From NCBI GenBank assembly GCA_903861835.1, contig CAIOVX010000060.1, forward strand, positions 100,504 through 164,503: 64,000 nt of DNA. Direction: 5' to 3'. Below, in pieces: positions 59,092 through 64,000 of the stretch. How positions within the stretch are numbered: position 1 is the first letter of the stretch; every line of letters begins with the position of its first letter. This DNA is from Candidatus Firestoneibacteriota bacterium (GTDB lineage Bacteria; Oederibacteriota; D2-FULL-39-29; CAIOVX01). Both the position numbers and the translations under genes were made by a program. The notes beneath the pieces are model-generated. The model did not search any database, had not been told where the DNA came from, and saw only the letters and a list, made by a program, of their open reading frames with translations.

Positions 59092-60405
59092 TTAGAAACC
59101 CGCCCTGCTCTTCAATTTTGAATCCTTCATAAAACCTTCATAGTGGCGCATCAGCAGGTGCGACTCAATCTGCTTCATAGTATCAAGCGCAACACCTACA
59201 GCGATCAAAAGCGAAGTTCCGCCGAAGTAGAAAGGTATATTTGCCTGTTTCATTATGATGTCGGGAACAACCGCTATGAAAACTATGAAAACCGCGCCCA
59301 CCAAAACCACTCGATCCAAAGAATACTGGATGAAATCCGCAGTCGGCTGGCCGGGTCTTACTCCGGGAATGAACCCGCCGTATTTTTTTATGTTCTCCGC
59401 TATGTCCGGCGGATTAAATACGACTGCCGTATAAAAATAGCAGAAAAATATTATGAGAATAGCATAAAGCGACATATAAACAACCGCACCCGGAGTAAAC
59501 CAGCCCGCAAGCATCAGCAGGAAGGGTATCTTTGTCCCGAGCGTCTGGGACAGAATGCCGGGCAACGAAAGTATCGATGAAGCGAAGATAATCGCTATGA
59601 CGCCCGCGAAGTCAACCTTAAGAGGAAGATAGGTGCTCTGACCGCCCATGACCCTGCGCCCTACAACCCTCTGCGCGTATTGCACAGGGATTCTTCTTGC
59701 CGCAGTTGAAAAATAAACCACAACCCCTACAAGAAACACAACGAAGGCGAAAATGACTAAAACTACAATAGCATTTTGAGCCCCCGCGCTTACCATTTTC
59801 CCTATCATCAATATTTCCGCAGGTATTCTTGCAACGATACCGGCAAAAATCAGCATCGACATACCGTTTCCTATTCCGTTCTCCGTGAGCTTTTCACCAA
59901 GCCACATAATAAAGATAGTGCCTGCTGTAAGTGTCAGGACCGTCATCAATTTGAAACCTAAGCCGGGATTTATTACCAGGCCGTACTGTTCCATCATGAT
60001 GGTCATCGCGCTGGACTGAATAACGCAAAGAACGACAGTGCCGTAACGCGTGTACTGGGTTATTTTCTTGCGTCCCGATTCGCCTTCTTTAGCCAGTTTT
60101 TCTAAAGAAGGTATAACTGCCTGCAGCAACTGCATAATAATAGAAGTGCTGATGTAAGGCATAATTCCGAGCGCGAATACCGAGAACTTGTTGAAAGCGC
60201 CGCCCGTGAAAAGATCCAAAAATCCAAGAATCCCGCCTGCGCTCTGGGCCATTTTTGCAGCCAGCAGTTCGCCGTTTATACCCGGGGTTGGAACGTGACA
60301 GCCGATACGGTACACGAGAATGATGCCCAGCGTAAAAAGGACCTTCTTTTTGAGCTCCGGGATTTTGAAAATATTTGCCAGACCCTCAAAGAGGTTCTTA
60401 AACAT
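59092..60405 (-). CDS. secY: Preprotein translocase SecY
   Basis: 10 TM helices. SecY family. Confidence 0.9.
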   Translation of the reverse strand: MFKNLFEGLANIFKIPELKKKVLFTLGIILVYRIGCHVPTPGINGELLAAKMAQSAGGILGFLDLFTGGAFNKFSVFALGIMPYISTSIIMQLLQAVIPSLEKLAKEGESGRKKITQYTRYGTVVLCVIQSSAMTIMMEQYGLVINPGLGFKLMTVLTLTAGTIFIMWLGEKLTENGIGNGMSMLIFAGIVARIPAEILMIGKMVSAGAQNAIVVLVIFAFVVFLVGVVVYFSTAARRIPVQYAQRVVGRRVMGGQSTYLPLKVDFAGVIAIIFASSILSLPGILSQTLGTKIPFLLMLAGWFTPGAVVYMSLYAILIIFFCYFYTAVVFNPPDIAENIKKYGGFIPGVRPGQPTADFIQYSLDRVVLVGAVFIVFIAVVPDIIMKQANIPFYFGGTSLLIAVGVALDTMKQIESHLLMRHYEGFMKDSKLKSRAGF

Positions 60406-60844
60406 TTACCTTGACCTCGCCGGATTTCGCCTTAATCATTTCTGCAGCCCTCTTGGTGCAAAACTTTGTAACAACAGTGAGCTTTTTTGTCAACGCGCCG
60501 GAAGCCAGAACCTTAAACTTGTTGTATTTCATCGAAACCAGGCCCTTCTTCTGCAGCGTCTCTATTGTAACCTGCTCACCGTCATTAAATTTATTGTCGA
60601 GGTCGCGCAGCGTTACTTCGGCATACTGAACAGCGAAAGCGGTGTTCTTGAAACCGCGTTTCGGGGTACGCCTTACAAGCGGCATCTGACCGCCTTCAAA
60701 ACCAAGCCTAACACCCCTGTTCCTGGCGCCCTGGCCTTTCATTCCGAAGGTCGACATCTTGCCGTGGCCTGAGCCCGGCCCGCAACCTATTCTTTTCCTT
60801 TTCTTTCTGCTGCCCGTATTGGGTTTTATCTCATTAAGATTCAC
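60398..60844 (-). CDS. rplO: 50S ribosomal protein L15
   Basis: Family-level similarity to L15. Follows rpsE directly, with no rpmD gene. Confidence 0.9.
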   Translation of the reverse strand: MNLNEIKPNTGSRKKRKRIGCGPGSGHGKMSTFGMKGQGARNRGVRLGFEGGQMPLVRRTPKRGFKNTAFAVQYAEVTLRDLDNKFNDGEQVTIETLQKKGLVSMKYNKFKVLASGALTKKLTVVTKFCTKRAAEMIKAKSGEVKVNV

Positions 60845-60853
60845 TTGTATCTC

Positions 60854-61354
60854 CTATATCAGTAACTGTTCTATTTTTTTATCGCGCAGTTCCGCGAGGT
60901 GTTCTATTTTCTTCAGTGACTTTAGTGCGCCAAGCGTAGCCTTTGTGAGGTTGTAAGGGTTCGTAGAGCCTATCGCTTTGGTCAAAATATCTTTAATACC
61001 GGCAAGTTCCACAATCGCTCTGACGGGACCCGCGGCAACAACGCCGGTTCCCGGGAAAGCGGGTTTCATCCAGATAGTGGTAGCACCATATGTAAAGGTC
61101 ATTGCGTGCGGAATAGTTACCCCGCTCATGGATATCGATACAAGGTTTTTCTTGGCGTCTTCCACGCCTTTCTTGATGGCATCAGGAACTTCGTTCGCTT
61201 TGCCTACTCCAATGCCTACCTTGCCTTTTTCGTCTCCGACGATAACAATGGATGAGAAACTCATCCTCTTACCGCCCTTAACTACTTTGGACACCCTCTT
61301 AATGCTTATGACCTTTTCTTTTAATTCAAATTTTGAAGCGTCTATTCTAGCCAC
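60854..61354 (-). CDS. rpsE: 30S ribosomal protein S5
   Basis: Family-level similarity to S5. Confidence 0.9.
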   Translation of the reverse strand: MARIDASKFELKEKVISIKRVSKVVKGGKRMSFSSIVIVGDEKGKVGIGVGKANEVPDAIKKGVEDAKKNLVSISMSGVTIPHAMTFTYGATTIWMKPAFPGTGVVAAGPVRAIVELAGIKDILTKAIGSTNPYNLTKATLGALKSLKKIEHLAELRDKKIEQLLI

Positions 61355-61365
61355 CTACTGCCTCC

Positions 61366-61734
61366 TTAAAATTCCAGCCCTGCTTTTCTTGCGGCGTCAG
61401 CCAGAGCTTTGATCCTGCCGTGATAAAGATATCCCGACCTGTCAAATACTACTTTTTTAATTCCTTTCTCTATGCATTTCTTAGCAACGGCGGCGCCGAT
61501 GAGCTGGCAGGCTGCCATGGTATCGCTGGATTTCTCCGTTGTCTTAAGATCTTTTGAGAGCGTGGAAACTGTCATAAGTGTCTTGCCGATAGAATCATCT
61601 ATTACGCTTGCATAAATGTGCTTCAAGCTTCTGAACACATAGAGCCTGGGCCTTTCCTGAGAACCTGAAATCTTCTTCCTTATTTTCAGGTGCCTTAAGA
61701 CTCTGGTATTTTTAATTTTTCTAAGTTTCGCCAT
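61366..61734 (-). CDS. rplR: 50S ribosomal protein L18
   Basis: Family-level similarity to L18. Confidence 0.9.
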   Translation of the reverse strand: MAKLRKIKNTRVLRHLKIRKKISGSQERPRLYVFRSLKHIYASVIDDSIGKTLMTVSTLSKDLKTTEKSSDTMAACQLIGAAVAKKCIEKGIKKVVFDRSGYLYHGRIKALADAARKAGLEF

Positions 61735-61736
61735 TA

Positions 61737-62297
61737 TTATTTGCCTCCGCCGGTCGTGCCGGTCGCGGTCTTTCCTGCCTTCCTTCTGATGTATTCATTC
61801 TGGAACCTGACGCCTTTCCCCTTGTAGGGGTCCGGGTCCTTTACTTCCCTGATCTTCGCACAGATATTGCCGAGCGCGTCTTTATTTGCGCCTTTCACGG
61901 TAATGATGGTTGCCTTTTCAACGGTAGCCGTTATACCCTGAGGTAGCTCTATCTCAACGGGGTGAGTAAAACCAACATTCAAGGTGAGCTTGTTGCCGAC
62001 AACCGCGGCCTTATAACCGACGCCTTGAACTTCAAGTATCTTTACATATTCCGCGACTGCGCCCTGAACCATATTCATTATGTGCGCGCGCATCGTGCCG
62101 TGCGCAGACTTGGTCAGTTTGTCTTCTGATTTTCTTGAAATCAGGACTTGCCCATCCTTTACATCTATTACTAGGAGCGGATTATTAATCTTGGCCGAAA
62201 GCTTTCCTTTGGGCCCTTCTACCATTACCATGCCGCCGCTTACAACAACCTTCACGCCGGCAGGGACAATTATTGGACTGTTGCCTACTCTTGACAT
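61737..62297 (-). CDS. rplF: 50S ribosomal protein L6
   Basis: Family-level similarity to L6. Confidence 0.9.
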   Translation of the reverse strand: MSRVGNSPIIVPAGVKVVVSGGMVMVEGPKGKLSAKINNPLLVIDVKDGQVLISRKSEDKLTKSAHGTMRAHIMNMVQGAVAEYVKILEVQGVGYKAAVVGNKLTLNVGFTHPVEIELPQGITATVEKATIITVKGANKDALGNICAKIREVKDPDPYKGKGVRFQNEYIRRKAGKTATGTTGGGK

Positions 62298-62309
62298 TTA
62301 TTCCTCCGA

Positions 62310-62705
62310 TTACCAGATGTAACAAATAACTTCGCCGCCGGCTTTTACCGCCCTAGCAGCCTTATCGCCCATAATTCCCTTTGAGGTTGAAATCACGGCA
62401 ACGCCGTAGCCGTCAAGGACTTTGGGAAGTTCTTTCGAACCCTTATAGATACGAAGCCCCGGAGTGCTAACGGACTTTATTCCGGTGATAACTCTTTCCT
62501 TGTTAAAGTATTTCAGATAGATTCTTATAATGCCCTGTTTCTTGTCCTCTATCCTCTTAAAGTTCTTAATGTAACCCTCATCCTGGAATATTTTCAGGAT
62601 CTCAAAACTGAACCAGGAATAGGGCACGTCAACCGATTCCTTGAACGCTGTGTTAGCGTTCCTTATTTTTGTTAACATATTGCTGATTGTATCTACAGAT
62701 GCCAT
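62310..62705 (-). CDS. rpsH: 30S ribosomal protein S8
   Basis: Family-level similarity to S8. Confidence 0.9.
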   Translation of the reverse strand: MASVDTISNMLTKIRNANTAFKESVDVPYSWFSFEILKIFQDEGYIKNFKRIEDKKQGIIRIYLKYFNKERVITGIKSVSTPGLRIYKGSKELPKVLDGYGVAVISTSKGIMGDKAARAVKAGGEVICYIW

Positions 62706-62720
62706 ATTTTCTCTCCTGTC

Positions 62721-62906
62721 TTACCAGCTTGCTTTTTTAACGCCGGGTATTTTACCCTCATGCGCAAGGCGCCTGAAACAGATCCTGCAGACTCCGAACT
62801 TCCTGTAATAAGCCCTAGGCCTGCCGCAGATCGAGCACCTGTTGTACTTGCGTGTCTTAAATTTTGGGGTTTTCTTCTGCTTTAAAACCAGCGACTTCTT
62901 AGCCAC
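62721..62906 (-). CDS. rpsN: 30S ribosomal protein S14 type Z (zinc-binding)
   Basis: 61 aa with [22 protein letters not shown]. Confidence 0.85.
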   Translation of the reverse strand: MAKKSLVLKQKKTPKFKTRKYNRCSICGRPRAYYRKFGVCRICFRRLAHEGKIPGVKKASW

Positions 62907-62918
62907 ATTTCCTCCCTA

Positions 62919-63473
62919 TCACTTCTTGAACGGCATACCGTAGAGCTCGAGCATCGCTTTCGCGTCCTCATCCTTCTCAGCGGTGGTTACTATCGTTATG
63001 TCCATTCCGTGTATCTGGTCAGTCTTTTCAACGTCTACTTCGGGGAAAATAACCTGTTCCTTCAGACCGATACTGCAATTCCCCCTGCCGTCAAAGAGCT
63101 TGCCCTGGATGCCTTTAAAATCTCTGGCCCTCGGGAGCGCAACGTTTATAAATTTGTCAAGAAAATCAAGCATACGGTCGCCGCGAAGAGTTACCCTCAC
63201 GCCTATCGGCATGCCTTTCCTGATCTTGAAGTTGGAGATGTCTTTCTTGGATCTGGTAAGGACCGCTTTTTGACCGGTGATAGCCGTAAGTTCAGCCACC
63301 ACGCTGTCAAGCAGCTTGATATTTTCGGTAGCCTCGCCCATGCCGACGTTCAGCACAATCTTCTCTACCCTGGGCACCTGCATGGTGCTCTTGTAACTGA
63401 ACTTCTTCATCATTGCAGGTACTACGTCTTTATTGAATTTTTCCCTCAGTCTTGAAACATATTTGCCGGCCAT
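62919..63473 (-). CDS. rplE: 50S ribosomal protein L5
   Basis: The core starts [28 protein letters not shown] 63473 overlaps the rplX stop (TAATG). The ORF-track start at 63569 adds a spurious 32 aa. Confidence 0.9.
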   Translation of the reverse strand: MAGKYVSRLREKFNKDVVPAMMKKFSYKSTMQVPRVEKIVLNVGMGEATENIKLLDSVVAELTAITGQKAVLTRSKKDISNFKIRKGMPIGVRVTLRGDRMLDFLDKFINVALPRARDFKGIQGKLFDGRGNCSIGLKEQVIFPEVDVEKTDQIHGMDITIVTTAEKDEDAKAMLELYGMPFKK

Positions 63474-63799
63474 TAGAACACCTCGCTGCACTTCTTGCAC
63501 ATTCTGGACTTCTTGCCGTCCTTCAACATTTTCATACCTATCTTTGTCGGCCTGTTGCAACGCGGACAAAGAATCATTACCTTTGAAACAGCGATAGGCG
63601 CTTCTCTCTGTATTATGCCGCCCTGCTGCGCCTGCTTATTGGGCCGTGTATGCTTTTTGACAAAGTTGACGCCTTCGATTATAATCTTGAAAGTTTCTTT
63701 TTCAGTGAGAGGGAATAGTTTTAATATTTTGCCTTTCTTGCCCTTTTCATCACCGGTAATAACCTGAACTGTGTCGCCTTTTTTAAGATTTGTGTTCAT
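63473..63799 (-). CDS. rplX: 50S ribosomal protein L24
   Basis: KOW motif [20 protein letters not shown]. Confidence 0.9.
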   Translation of the reverse strand: MNTNLKKGDTVQVITGDEKGKKGKILKLFPLTEKETFKIIIEGVNFVKKHTRPNKQAQQGGIIQREAPIAVSKVMILCPRCNRPTKIGMKMLKDGKKSRMCKKCSEVF

Positions 63800-64000
63800 T
63801 AGACCACCTCGGACGCGAGCGATATTATTTTCATAAAGTTCCTGTCGCGGAGTTCCCTGGCCACGGGTCCGAAAACGCGCGTGCCCCTGGGCGCGAGCTG
63901 ATCGTTTATGATAACAACCGCATTATCATCAAACTTCACGTAGGAGCCGTCCGGCCTTCTGGTCTCCTTCTTGCACCTTACTATGACAGCCCTGACTATT
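63799..64000 (-). CDS. rplN: 50S ribosomal protein L14, C-terminal part, 5' truncated by the window edge
   Basis: Hand-translated C-terminus ...[44 protein letters not shown]. The stop overlaps the rplX ATG. Confidence 0.85.
   Translation of the reverse strand, partial: IVRAVIVRCKKETRRPDGSYVKFDDNAVVIINDQLAPRGTRVFGPVARELRDRNFMKIISLASEVV

Noticed and set aside
63474-63569. N-terminal 32-aa extension of L5 in the ORF track ([32 protein letters not shown])
   Set aside because: It overlaps the rplX coding region. The conserved L5 N-terminus begins at the internal ATG 63473, which overlaps the rplX stop (TAATG). Hence the extension is spurious.

Overview
This 64 kb window is a bacterial chromosomal segment with GC near 50%, and almost every gene is on the minus strand. 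Sigma70-consensus promoters (TTGACA-17-TATAAT) and TTG or GTG start codons are visible.

The right third (54.1-64.0 kb) is the distal ribosomal-protein cluster: rplN (partial), rplX, rplE, rpsN (type Z), rpsH, rplF, rplR, rpsE, rplO, secY, adk, map, infA, rpmJ, rpsM, rpsK, rpsD, rpoA, rplQ. rpmD is absent. A bidirectional intrinsic terminator closes the cluster.

The middle (20-54 kb) is housekeeping:
- dprA, topA, xerC/D
- an arginine block, argB, an alpha/beta hydrolase, argD, argF, argG, argH
- guaA
- atpG, atpD and a short atpC, detached from the rest of the atp operon
- prfB, with its programmed +1 frameshift readable in the sequence
- a hemerythrin-like gene, smc, purE, tsaC, a low-molecular-weight tyrosine phosphatase, rpiB, glyA, a dCMP deaminase and a WecA-like transferase
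- xseA, xseB, ispA, dxs, nadK, recN, iscS, nagB

The left part (1-18 kb) is more accessory-like:
- a partial membrane protein, a PAP2 phosphatase, an AsmA-like protein and a FadL/PorV-like outer-membrane barrel
- an M48 protease and aroB
- a five-gene archaeal-type split glutamate synthase operon, gltB1, gltB2, a ferredoxin, an NADH:ferredoxin-reductase-like flavoprotein and gltB3
- an O-antigen-ligase/TPR protein
- a membrane-anchored YvcK/GlmR-like protein with glmM, convergent with nagB

The most unusual signals are non-coding. Family A is a ~135 bp interspersed element in two near-full copies, one internally deleted copy and one fragment, each placed exactly between a stop codon and the next gene's ribosome-binding site. 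Family C is a GTTTATAAMGT direct-repeat motif, and family B is a tandem heptamer YNCTAAA array. Two further leads are a promoter-proximal hairpin plus U8 leader ahead of the GOGAT operon, and operator-like palindromes over the smc promoter.

I found no CRISPR array, rRNA or tRNA genes, or transposase genes.
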